A program made the translations under genes and the position numbers. From a virus: a DNA stretch of 44,102 nt. This document shows, one piece after another, positions 9,184 through 18,600 of the stretch (within the stretch, counting starts at the first letter, position 1; the number at the start of each line of letters is the position of its first letter). The stretch is taken from the UHGV virus genome UHGV-0016039. One strand, 5' to 3'. Below the pieces are notes generated by a model that saw nothing but the letters and a program-made list of their open reading frames with translations, was not told where the DNA came from and did not search any database.

Positions 9184-9503
9184 ATACTACATTCGACGCC
9201 ATCGACTTTTCAGTGGCAATGACCAATCAGCTTTTTTCCTACGACAGTAAGACCGGCGTCATCCGCCTGAAGTCCACCGGACGCAAAATTGGCAACCTTA
9301 ACACTGCCGATGGCGGAACACGTATCGAATGCAACGGCAAGACGCTGTCCGGCGCACGCGTGGCGTGGATTATTGAGACGGGCAATACAATCCCTCCAGG
9401 CTTCGCCGTTGTGTGCCGCCAGCGCACTCCAGGGCACTACGGCAACCGCATGAGCAACCTGTATCTGGTAGACGTTGCGCGCGACCCAAATTTTTATTCG
9501 TAA
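9180..9503 (+). CDS. HNH_3-like domain protein, catalytic motif apparently degenerate
   Basis: ARVAWIIETGNTIPPGFAV..GHYGNRMSNLYLV resembles HNH_3 pattern but lacks a clear DH..N core; ATGA overlap at 9180. Confidence 0.4.
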   Translation: MNTTFDAIDFSVAMTNQLFSYDSKTGVIRLKSTGRKIGNLNTADGGTRIECNGKTLSGARVAWIIETGNTIPPGFAVVCRQRTPGHYGNRMSNLYLVDVARDPNFYS

Positions 9504-9507
9504 ATTG

Positions 9508-9536
9508 GTTGCACAACCATATTGGTTGCATTATAT
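9508..9536 (+). promoter_or_regulatory. sigma70-like promoter TTGCAC-17bp-TATATT with ATTGGTTGCA elements
   Basis: TTGCAC 9508-9513, TATATT 9531-9536; TTGGTTGCA at 9505 and 9521. Confidence 0.5.
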
Positions 9537-9539
9537 TGA

Positions 9540-9565
9540 GGGTGTCCGGTTTGGACGCCCTTTTT
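9540..9565 (+). terminator. hairpin plus T5 run (terminator for upstream operon or attenuator in 5' leader of gene at 9585)
   Basis: gggtgtccgg ttt ggacgccc followed by ttttt, starting about at the predicted TSS. Confidence 0.45.
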
Positions 9566-9584
9566 AATACCTGGAGACAGTGAT

Positions 9585-9827
9585 ATGAAATCATTATTTT
9601 TCGACTACGACGGCGACCTTCGATTTTGGGTGCTCCTCACCCTCATGATTGCCGGCTGTATTGGCATACCTTCGACGGCTATTTACTACACGGAACGCTA
9701 CGAATGCAAGACCGTGTATGCCGAGCAAACCGGACGCAATACCCAATGGCGCTATGGTGTCTGCTGGGTGGAGATGAACGGTAAATTTATCCCACGCAAT
9801 GAAATCCGCACCACGGAGATTAAATAA
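9585..9827 (+). CDS. small membrane protein (80 aa, one TM helix)
   Basis: ATG 9585 preceded by GGAG; FWVLLTLMIAGCIGIPSTAIYY. Confidence 0.5.
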   Translation: MKSLFFDYDGDLRFWVLLTLMIAGCIGIPSTAIYYTERYECKTVYAEQTGRNTQWRYGVCWVEMNGKFIPRNEIRTTEIK

Positions 9828-10286
9828 GTGAAAATTTTACAAGAAGAGAAAAATTACGGGGCCGCGCAATGCCTCGAAGCCCGCGAACAGGCCGAACGCG
9901 CGAACGCGCTGGCGGACACCTACCTGGCGAGCTATGAAGGCGAGGAGAAGGCGCGCAAGGAATTAGAGGAGCGCTTCGATCTGCTGTATGAGTTGATGGG
10001 TATTATGCAGCGCACCGGATACACCACCACCGTCGCGCTAAACCGCATCACTGCCGAAGGTCTGCGCGAGCATTGCAAACGTGCCGAGGCGTACGTGCGC
10101 CCCAAAGGTCACCAGTCTAAGATCGACCGGAAAGACCTGGTGCTTATGGCGTGGCGCGCAAACGGTAGCTACTACTCCGATTGCCGACCGCTTAGCGTCG
10201 AGGGGGGAAAGCGCCTGCAACGCGTTCTAAACAGTGGTAAGAAAATTGCCCTGTACGCGATAGATCAAGACCATGCAGAAGAGTGA
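9828..10286 (+). CDS. hypothetical protein (152 aa), helical/coiled-coil N-terminus
   Basis: ORF track; GTG start directly after upstream stop. Confidence 0.4.
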   Translation: MKILQEEKNYGAAQCLEAREQAERANALADTYLASYEGEEKARKELEERFDLLYELMGIMQRTGYTTTVALNRITAEGLREHCKRAEAYVRPKGHQSKIDRKDLVLMAWRANGSYYSDCRPLSVEGGKRLQRVLNSGKKIALYAIDQDHAEE

Positions 10287-10758
10287 GCAGAAAGATAGCT
10301 GGCGCACACCGCCAGCTTTATTTAAACCGCTGCGCCGTAAGTTCCGATTCCGTTACGATATGGCGGCAAGCGACGCCAATCATCTGCTACCGCGTTACTT
10401 CACGGCAGAGCACAGCGCGCTTGATGTGGACTGGGCAGAGTTGAAAGGGTGGAAATGGTGCAATCCGCCGTATTCCGATCCGCTGCCGTGGGTGGAATGC
10501 GCAGCGCACGGACGGCGGACTGTCATGCTACTGAATCAGGACACGTCGACTAAGTGGGCGAAGTTGGCCCGGAAGACTGCAAACCTGATAATTCTTCTGG
10601 ACTGGCGGATTAGATTCATTCACGCCGTCACCGGCGAAGTCGGTCCGAGCAATAACAAGTGCCAGCAATTGATAATCTTTGACGAAGCGCCACCCCTCGG
10701 CAGCGCACAAATTGAAATAATGAGCGAAGGAGAACTCCTTGAATATCTTAATCGTTGA
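10273..10758 (+). CDS. dam: DNA N6-adenine methyltransferase (phage Dam-type)
   Basis: WRTPPALF N-terminus and NPPY catalytic motif (WCNPPYSDP). Confidence 0.8.
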   Translation: MQKSEQKDSWRTPPALFKPLRRKFRFRYDMAASDANHLLPRYFTAEHSALDVDWAELKGWKWCNPPYSDPLPWVECAAHGRRTVMLLNQDTSTKWAKLARKTANLIILLDWRIRFIHAVTGEVGPSNNKCQQLIIFDEAPPLGSAQIEIMSEGELLEYLNR

Positions 10759-10963
10759 CCGCGACCCTGCGGTCGTAGACCGAATGCAAAAAGACTACGG
10801 CATTGACCCGCGGCGCAATCATGTGGTGCGCGCATCTCATCCCGGACGCATCATGGGCCTTGACCTCAACGGTTGGCTTGTCATGACTCAGCGTTGCCAT
10901 TTCGTATGCAACTCCTTTACTGCGCGAAGCGCCCGACAGACACTTATTGAGAGCTTAAAATGA
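10739..10963 (+). CDS. hypothetical protein (74 aa)
   Basis: TTG start at 10739, 6 nt after AAGGAG; ATGA overlap with next gene. Confidence 0.4.
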   Translation: MNILIVDRDPAVVDRMQKDYGIDPRRNHVVRASHPGRIMGLDLNGWLVMTQRCHFVCNSFTARSARQTLIESLK

Positions 10964-11430
10964 AATTACTGATTTGCGATTTGGATGGCGTTATTAATGG
11001 TTCAAGCGATGCGCGTGCCGACCTGGTTCCGGGCATAAAAACAAAATCCACCTTCTGGGCGAAGTGGCACAAAGCGCACGTCCGCGAAGACCTGAACATG
11101 GATATGCTGCCGCTGTTGCGCATGTACAAAGAGCAAGGCTTCGAGATCGCGTATCTGACAAACCGGCAGCTAGAATGTTGGGACACCACCGCCGAGCAAT
11201 TGGAGGTCTTCCCGGTAGGCAGGTTATTCATGCGCCACATGCTGGACGACACCCCGCCGCCAGAGTTTAAAGCGTGCGCTGTGTTCAAAATGGTCTGCTA
11301 TGCGGACGTATCGGAACTGGTCATCATTGAAGACTGTCCGAAGAACATCGCGGCAATTCGTCGGGCGTGCAGCGATTTAATCCCGAAAATTTACGCAATA
11401 AACGTTGCAAAATTTACTTGCAACCAATAG
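10960..11430 (+). CDS. HAD-superfamily phosphatase-like protein (possible nucleotidase)
   Basis: motif I LICDLDGVI, motif II AYLTNR, acidic motif IIEDC. Confidence 0.6.
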   Translation: MKLLICDLDGVINGSSDARADLVPGIKTKSTFWAKWHKAHVREDLNMDMLPLLRMYKEQGFEIAYLTNRQLECWDTTAEQLEVFPVGRLFMRHMLDDTPPPEFKACAVFKMVCYADVSELVIIEDCPKNIAAIRRACSDLIPKIYAINVAKFTCNQ

Positions 11431-11441
11431 GTTGGTTGCAG
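11418..11441 (+). promoter_or_regulatory. perfect 10-bp inverted repeat TTGCAACCAA-tagg-TTGGTTGCAg (candidate operator/promoter element)
   Basis: palindrome read directly from sequence, 50 bp upstream of ATG 11493. Confidence 0.45.
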
Positions 11442-11492
11442 TATCTTAATCACGTCGGGGGCAATACCGCCTCCACTAAAAAGGAAAACATC

Positions 11493-12014
11493 ATGAAAGC
11501 ATACGAATACTGCAAAAACGCCGCTACCACTATGGAACAGCGCGGGAAAGAAAACGGCTATGACAACGCGAAAGAAGAACGCAGCGCTAAACAGATCGCC
11601 GCCGTGTTTAACGCGCTTACCGGGCGCGACCTTACCGAGCAAGAAGCCTGGACCTTCCTGATCTGTCTGAAGCTGGTGCGCCAGAACCGTAAGCACCAGG
11701 AAGATAACATCGTGGATCTGGTGGCGTATGCCGCCCTGCTGGGCGAGTCTTACATGACCGTGCATGACGAGATTCAGATCGACACAACGGCAGCGCAATA
11801 CGGCAGCCTAAAAGGTTGGCCCATCGCCACCGCAGGGACGTGGCATCCTTCGTCATCGGTGGGTAAGACTGTCAATGCCGAAATTAGCGGTATTGCGGGT
11901 CAAGAATTCCAGCCTATGGTCGTGCTCACCGGCGAAGACGGATCGAAAATCTGCATGACGCAGGAAGATTTCCGTATCATGGAAAAAACACTGGTGACTA
12001 GTGCACTTAAATAA
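11493..12014 (+). CDS. hypothetical protein (173 aa)
   Basis: ATG 11493 preceded by AAGGAA; ORF track frame 11367..12014. Confidence 0.55.
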   Translation: MKAYEYCKNAATTMEQRGKENGYDNAKEERSAKQIAAVFNALTGRDLTEQEAWTFLICLKLVRQNRKHQEDNIVDLVAYAALLGESYMTVHDEIQIDTTAAQYGSLKGWPIATAGTWHPSSSVGKTVNAEISGIAGQEFQPMVVLTGEDGSKICMTQEDFRIMEKTLVTSALK

Positions 12015-12054
12015 TTTAATCGCGGGCTTCGGCCCGCATCAATGAGGACTCATA

Positions 12055-12630
12055 ATGTACGGCGAATATGAAATAACCGGTAAACAATTCCACCTGGCGG
12101 CAATGATAGCAAGCATCGAGTTTGACCAGTGGCGGTATAAGTCCGACGCGTGCAAGCAAAGCAGACTCGTCGGTGTGCTGGGCGAAATGTTTGCAGGCAT
12201 GTACCTCGAAGGGCAGGCGGGCGGGCGTAGCTGTATCCCGCAAGGTTTGCTAATGCGTACCGGCCTGTTTAGCGCTAACACTATCGACCGCGGCGATATT
12301 ATCATGGTCGGTAAGCGCAAGGTTAAGTCCGGTCCCGACTTCCGGGAACACATGATTGATGCCGTATGGACCTACGAGGTAAAAGCCGCCAGCGGCATCC
12401 GTCGCGGACTTGTCGAGGCACGTTGCGCTCGCGAATATCTATCACGTCGCGTTGCCGGTGTTATCCTGGTGGGGGTGTCGTTAGGGCCGCAAAGCGCGCA
12501 CGGCGTGATTGAGGATATTGCGGAACCGTACGTGATTGTGAACGACTGGCCCTTAGTGGAAGTGGAAGGAAAGGAATATTACGAAAGCCAGCTGGTGCGG
12601 CGCAAAATGGACTGGGAAAACTCAAACTAA
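12055..12630 (+). CDS. hypothetical protein (191 aa)
   Basis: ATG 12055 preceded by GAGGA. Confidence 0.55.
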   Translation: MYGEYEITGKQFHLAAMIASIEFDQWRYKSDACKQSRLVGVLGEMFAGMYLEGQAGGRSCIPQGLLMRTGLFSANTIDRGDIIMVGKRKVKSGPDFREHMIDAVWTYEVKAASGIRRGLVEARCAREYLSRRVAGVILVGVSLGPQSAHGVIEDIAEPYVIVNDWPLVEVEGKEYYESQLVRRKMDWENSN

Positions 12631-12652
12631 AAAGGGGCCGTATGGCCCCTTA
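12629..12652. terminator. bidirectional terminator at convergence of + early block and - tail fiber gene
   Basis: aaaa-aggggcc-gtat-ggcccct; T-run on the - strand side. Confidence 0.6.
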
Positions 12653-12655
12653 GCC

Positions 12656-14416
12656 TTATTGCTTCAGCGCCGCGATCTCGGCTTTCAACGCCTCCACCTG
12701 CTTAATCGTATCTTGCAATGCGCGCATAGTATCAAGTAACAGCGGCGTCGGGTCTAATTCTAACTGGTGCACTAGCGGCCCATTTAATTCCTGGTTGTTA
12801 TACACGCGATGCTTCACGTACAGCGGGTCTATTTCTTCCGCTTCCTGCGCAATAATACCGCGACGCTGCCGTTTCTGTTCATCGTTGTTGAATACGAACG
12901 TACGGAACCGCAAAGCCTTGATATTGTCGTAGGCGGTGCGGCTGGCGTCATCTTCAATATCATGTTTCAGGTTGCGATCCGACGCAGGCACTTGCTGGAA
13001 CGACCCCACGCCCAGTGGCCCACTGTAAGAAATCTGCCCCTGGTCGTCAAAGCGGAAGTGCATATACGTAGCCATATTCCCCTCGGAGTCACGGTCAGTT
13101 GTGCCGATCGAAATCTGTGCCCGAGGCCAGGCTTCGCCCCCAGTCGTCATCATCCCGAACGACACGCCGCCTGCGTATCCTATGCTTTGTGTTACACAAG
13201 CACCGGCGATTAACGACTGAAAGTTTTCCGCGTAGGTCTGCGCTATGTACGGGTCCGCGCGCACAACGGCCTCGGACCATAGCTGATTATACCCCATCGG
13301 TCCTTTAGAGGATTTGAACTGATGGCCTAAAATACGTGAGCGCGTTGCCCAAGTGTCACCGCTCTCGTAATACAGCCATTCAGCCGCATATCCGCCGCTG
13401 CCGTTGCTTTTTCGCACATATAAGCCGGGGTCTGAGTTTCCGTCTGGTGATAGGATAGCTATGGACGCAAAAACCCCCTTACTACCCCAGTTTGACCCGT
13501 CCCACGTGTTTCGACCCGCGGAGATACCACGGGACGTCACCAGGTCCCCTAAGTTAAGAGAGTCGTCAGGCCCGATGCCTAAGTGACTGCGAGCTGCCGC
13601 GGGGTCGGCAACGTCGCTAAGGTTGTTGCCCTTTGCCAGAAATTTCGACGGGTCGATCTCATTCTTGAATTGTTCGGCCTCGTTCCGGTATCCCCGTGCG
13701 GCATCACGGGCGGCTTGCGCGTCAGTCTTCGCCGTATTGGCCTCGTCGCGAATAGCACCGGTTTCAGTCTTGATCTGGTTCGTCTGGTCTTTTATAGCCT
13801 GCGTATCAGACTTAATCTGATCGGTTTGCGTTTTGATGGTATTAGTGGCGTCGTGGACCGCCTGCGTATCCGCCTTAATCTGATTGGTGGCATCGCGAAT
13901 ACCAGCCGTCTCGGTCTTGAAGCCTTCGGCCTCATTGCTAAACCCTTGCGCAGCTGCTTCAGATGCGGCGGCTTGTTGTTGCAGGTTGCGCATCTCAACG
14001 GGGTCGATCTGTTTCATCAACTGCGACAGATAGCCCCATGACATCCCCTGCATAACCTGCCCGTTAGGTAGCGTAATGGTGATTTCTTCAGCGTCGCCGA
14101 AGATTGCACGCCAGTTGTTTTCATCTGCAATCATCAAGCGCAATGCTTTCTGCGCCTGTACTGTAATGCCCATCGTCGCCAGCGACATGGTATCGCGCGC
14201 AACGCCATCCCATGCAAGGCCGGTTGCCGTTGGGCCGTCGAACGGCAGCACCAGAGTAAGCGCGGTGTCGCTATCGACGGACGCGATCGCCACAGTGTAA
14301 GGGACTTGCCCTACTACCAGCGATAAGAAGTCGCCAGCCTTGAACGCGGTAAACGTTGTTCCGACGCCGACAACCGCCTTGCTGTTATTCGTTACGGATA
14401 GAGTACCCGCTGCCAT
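12656..14416 (-). CDS. tail fiber protein with internal heptad-like repeats and C-terminal intramolecular chaperone (S74-type) domain
   Basis: repeated TNQIK.DTQAI units; C-terminal SDRNLKHDIED...ALRFRTFVF motif; ATG 14416 with AAGAGGA. Confidence 0.85.
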   Translation of the reverse strand: MAAGTLSVTNNSKAVVGVGTTFTAFKAGDFLSLVVGQVPYTVAIASVDSDTALTLVLPFDGPTATGLAWDGVARDTMSLATMGITVQAQKALRLMIADENNWRAIFGDAEEITITLPNGQVMQGMSWGYLSQLMKQIDPVEMRNLQQQAAASEAAAQGFSNEAEGFKTETAGIRDATNQIKADTQAVHDATNTIKTQTDQIKSDTQAIKDQTNQIKTETGAIRDEANTAKTDAQAARDAARGYRNEAEQFKNEIDPSKFLAKGNNLSDVADPAAARSHLGIGPDDSLNLGDLVTSRGISAGRNTWDGSNWGSKGVFASIAILSPDGNSDPGLYVRKSNGSGGYAAEWLYYESGDTWATRSRILGHQFKSSKGPMGYNQLWSEAVVRADPYIAQTYAENFQSLIAGACVTQSIGYAGGVSFGMMTTGGEAWPRAQISIGTTDRDSEGNMATYMHFRFDDQGQISYSGPLGVGSFQQVPASDRNLKHDIEDDASRTAYDNIKALRFRTFVFNNDEQKRQRRGIIAQEAEEIDPLYVKHRVYNNQELNGPLVHQLELDPTPLLLDTMRALQDTIKQVEALKAEIAALKQ

Positions 14417-14437
14417 AGCTAAATCCTCTTAAATTGG

Positions 14438-14466
14438 TTGCATTCTTGATCGAGCGGTGTAATACT
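14438..14466 (+). promoter_or_regulatory. promoter TTGCAT-17bp-AATACT with ATTGGTTGCA element, driving + strand lipoprotein operon
   Basis: TTGGTTGCA at 14434; -35/-10 spacing 17. Confidence 0.45.
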
Positions 14467-14496
14467 AAAACTCAACCAAATATAGGAGATGATACC

Positions 14497-14727
14497 ATGA
14501 AAACTTTAATCAAATCTGCAATCATTGCCGTGGTGGTGAGTATGGCCGTTGGTTGCTCTTCTGGCCCGCGTCCGGACGGTTGGTGCGCGACACAAGCAAG
14601 CGGCGTATGTGTAGCTAAATGGAAAGGCGGTGTCGTTGTTCCGGCGGGTGAGGTTGATATCCGTTATGACGGTATTAAAGGGCATAGCGGATCGGTTCGT
14701 GATTATGGGTCCAGGGAGTGGAACTAA
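14497..14727 (+). CDS. small lipoprotein (signal peptide plus lipobox AVGC, 4 Cys); candidate Llp/Cor-like superinfection-exclusion protein
   Basis: [22 protein letters not shown]; AGGAG 8 nt upstream of ATG 14497. Confidence 0.7.
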   Translation: MKTLIKSAIIAVVVSMAVGCSSGPRPDGWCATQASGVCVAKWKGGVVVPAGEVDIRYDGIKGHSGSVRDYGSREWN

Positions 14728-15662
14728 TGGCGCAAGGTATCTTCATCGATCTTAACGACGGGCGTAACCCGATGACAATCACCGCAGGTATGCGCGCCTT
14801 GAATTTCGCGGGGAACTTCAATGTTTCAAGTGGTGGATTTAGTAAGACATTTCCAATTCAAGGTAATGAAGGGGCTTCCAGGTTTATTCTCCCTAACAAC
14901 GGCGCATACTCCTTCGAACTGGACCGTGGTGTTGAGGTTTATTATATAACGGGCTTTTCATCAACAGCATCCAGCGGAACAATTTCTATTGGTTATGAGA
15001 ATGGTTATCCAGACCGCATAACGCAGTTCTCCGGAACTGTAGTAGAGGTTCTTAGGGCATCGACAGGTCAGGGGCTTTACGTTGCCGACAGTACGGATTT
15101 CACATCAATAACCACAACTGACAGGTTGCTTGTCTGCAAATTCGCTCAAACTATAACATTCTATGATAGTTACACCCTTCCGATATACGGCATACCGTTC
15201 GGCAGGTGGGATAATTCCGGTGTTTCTGTTGAGTACGACGGTGTTAATCGGTTGATATGCACAAACATAAACACAAATGATACAGGGCACACGCCAGGAA
15301 GTGTTACTATGGATTTGGTTATTTTCCAGATGGTTGCGCCAGTGCCGGGGCCGGGGTTAAACATATTTAACCACAACGGCGCCTGTACCCTTTCAACAGT
15401 TACCAGACCCCTTGTTGTGTCCGGATTTATAAATCTGTCAGGTAGCAATCAGTATATTGGTGATTCTTACTTCCCAATACTAAGGTGTGGGTTCAACACT
15501 CGGGCCATACCGGCATACAAGGAACTAAGAAACAAAGGCGTAGTTATGAGCGGCGGATATGTAAGGTCGGGAACTGGCTCCCGAATTGTAAGGTACGAAA
15601 TCGGCAACAGACCCGATGTTACTATCCCAACTCCGCTGCCGTACCTCCCCAACATGTATTAA
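14727..15662 (+). CDS. hypothetical protein (311 aa), Ser/Thr/Gly/Asn-rich, co-transcribed with lipoprotein
   Basis: ATG 14727 overlaps lipoprotein stop (TAATG), GGGAG 8 nt upstream. Confidence 0.55.
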   Translation: MAQGIFIDLNDGRNPMTITAGMRALNFAGNFNVSSGGFSKTFPIQGNEGASRFILPNNGAYSFELDRGVEVYYITGFSSTASSGTISIGYENGYPDRITQFSGTVVEVLRASTGQGLYVADSTDFTSITTTDRLLVCKFAQTITFYDSYTLPIYGIPFGRWDNSGVSVEYDGVNRLICTNINTNDTGHTPGSVTMDLVIFQMVAPVPGPGLNIFNHNGACTLSTVTRPLVVSGFINLSGSNQYIGDSYFPILRCGFNTRAIPAYKELRNKGVVMSGGYVRSGTGSRIVRYEIGNRPDVTIPTPLPYLPNMY

Positions 15663-15680
15663 AGCCCCTTACGGGGCTTT
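15662..15680. terminator. bidirectional hairpin terminator between convergent genes
   Basis: aagcccc-ttac-ggggctt. Confidence 0.55.
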
Positions 15681-15684
15681 AGCT

Positions 15685-18600
15685 TCAGAATGTACCTACT
15701 ACAACCCGGCCCCCTCCAGGCAGGTTAACCGTGACCCCATTCCCGTTAATCTGCACGGTGTTATTTTGTCCGTTAAAAGCGAACTCACCACTGTTAGCGT
15801 ACAGCCTGCCGCGTACGGTCACATTGTTGAACTCGGCCCCACCATCCTTCCAGATACGCCAGCCGCGCGACCCTGTAACGAAGTTATTTGATTGCAGCGT
15901 GTCCGTGATCTGTGCGAAGTTGATGGACGCGTTCTTGATGCGTGCCGTGTCAATATACACCTGCCCGCCGTCAACGATAAAAGCGGACGACAGCGACCCA
16001 TTCGACGGGTGCATAATGTAGAACTGGTCCGCCTTGAACGCGATACGTGATTTAACCGCGCCACCTTCGGCCACGACGGAAAGCTGCATACCGGCATCAT
16101 AGTAAGTCCCGTTATACGTCACGCCGGCCTTAAGGCTGTATGTGGCGCTTCCGCCAGCATGGTTAAACGAGGACGTCATCTTCTGCTCTATAGCCGCGGA
16201 CTGCTCCCCGAACTGCGCGGCTACTTGGGTCTTGTACTCCGCCAGCGCGCCCGCTACGTCTGCCGTTGCCGTTTGTGCCTGCTGGATGGCGGCTTCCTGT
16301 TCCCCGAACTTAGCGGCAACAGTTTGTTGGTACTGGGCGAACGCTTGTTCGTGCGTGCTTTGCGCGGTCTGCAACGTGTGGATTGACGCCTCCGCATCAT
16401 CAAGTCGTGTGCCGATCAACGTTTCCAGTTGCGCGACGGCCTTGTGGGCGTCTGCCGCCACGTTATACGCCACCTTGATTTCGGCATAAATCCCTTTGTA
16501 CTCGGCGCGGGCGTTGAATAGCTGCTGGGCATCGGTGAGCATTGACTCATAAATGCCTTGCGGGATCGTGTTAATAGCTTCCTGGAAGTGTTTACCATCC
16601 TCGGAAGTCAGGAACTCGTCATCAAGCCCCTTCATGTACTCGTCAACTTTGTCACTCACCTGCCCTTCAAACGGGTCCGACCAGTCCGATAGGTTGCCGA
16701 TTTTATCCGCTACACGGGCGCGCAACTGCTGATAGATCCCGAACTCCAGCGACGTTTGGGCGTACTCCGCCCCCGGATATGGGACGTTTGTAAGAAATTT
16801 CCATTCCGTTTCCCCTGTCTTACGCACCTCAAGCTCGGTGTACGAAATATCCGTCGCGGCGTTGTTGTGGTTCCACTTCCACAAAATCTGATGGAGGCCA
16901 GAAATCGCGTTGGTGATGATAGGTGCGTTAAGCCCGCCGAGACGACCATCCACCGGCGTGATAGCGGACGATACCCACGGGGACGAAATCTCGCCCATAC
17001 CGATTGCGCGGACGCGTGCCTGGTAGTTACCGGAGAACACGTTAGGGATGTGAGCGCCGTTCGATGCCGTGCGGGGGATGTTCACCCAGTCGTTACCCCA
17101 CTGGATTTCCATATTCTGTAAGCTGGTACGTCGCCACTGGATTTCATACACCACGGCATCCTTCACCGGCGGGAATACAATATCCACGTTGGTGATTAGC
17201 TGGCCTTGCGATGAAATCTGCGACGGGGTGATGGTCACGGACTCCGGCCCCTTCATTACGCCGTCAGGAACTTGCGTAAAGATGCCTGGGTCAAGGCGAG
17301 CGCCATTATCGACGGCATCATATTTGCTATCGTTGTACTCGATCCCGCGCACTGAAAAAGTGCTGGTAGAGTCGTCATATTCCAGGTCGGTGATGCGGAA
17401 CTTCTGCAACTGGATATCGTTGCCATCAACGCAAAACGGCTGGTCTGGAATAGGGTCGGCGTCCAGTGCGGTTTTTAGCGTAACCTTGTTGCCGTTGACG
17501 CTGGCGATCTCGCGAGTCTCCACATTACCGCTATCGGTGCGTACCATGAATTTATCACCGGGGCGGAACGTGATTTCGCTGTCTGTGTTAAGCACCGTCC
17601 GCGTGCCCGGATCTGACAACAGACGACCGCCGCGTGTCTCGAAGCCGCCAGAAATGTTTGTATCGGCGATCGCGACTACGCTACCCGGAATAAAGAATAG
17701 TCCTTCCATGCCCACCTTAAAGCTAACTTGCTGGTCAAGCTGGTTGGAGATTAGCGCCCAGTGACCGCGGCGTTGCGCTTCCGATTCACGCGTACAGCCG
17801 ATCGCCGTAATATCAAGACGGTTAATCTTATGGCGGCGTACCAGTTCGACACGTTGCCCCGTTGCGATGGCATCATCATAGTGGTTTTTCGGGTTGCCGT
17901 ATGCGACCGCGAAAGTTGAATAGCGCGTTTTCTGGCTGCCAGATGCGTAGTCGAATCGACCATCAATAACCGAGGCGTTGGTGATAGTGTGTGACACTGC
18001 CGCGACTGGTTGGTCACTGACGATATTCAACATCTGGTTGCCCCACCAGGTCATTCCGGCGAAGATGGCGGCTAAATCCTTAAGCACGGTCCATGCGTCT
18101 GTCTGCGACTGGATGTACATATCATTCTTGAATCGGATTTCCCGTCCGCCGTTGCCGTCGCTGACCAACTGATCGCAGCGCTGCGCAATCTGGTAGAGCG
18201 CGTATCGGTTCAGCATTTGCGGTTTGATACGCCGACCGAGGCCGAATCGCTCAGTAATACAAATATCATACCAGTGCCACGCAGGGTTATCCGTCCATGC
18301 GCGTTTGAATGTGCCGTCCCAGTCCCCAGAATAAGTATGATTAATCGGGTCGTAGTTGTTCGGTATTAGAACTTTGCGGCCTTTGCACTTGATGGACACG
18401 CGCGGGATGTTCTGGAACGCTTTGGCATCGAACTCCACAAACAACAGCGCGGTTAGCGGGTAACGCAGGCGGGCGTCGATAATCTCAGTGATGGACTGCA
18501 CCCGGATATCATTAACCACTTTCGCCGATGTGGAGTCCGCCGTCGTGCGGTGTACCTCAACTCGCCAGCCGGTATTAGCGTTCGGCGGTAACTCGATGCG

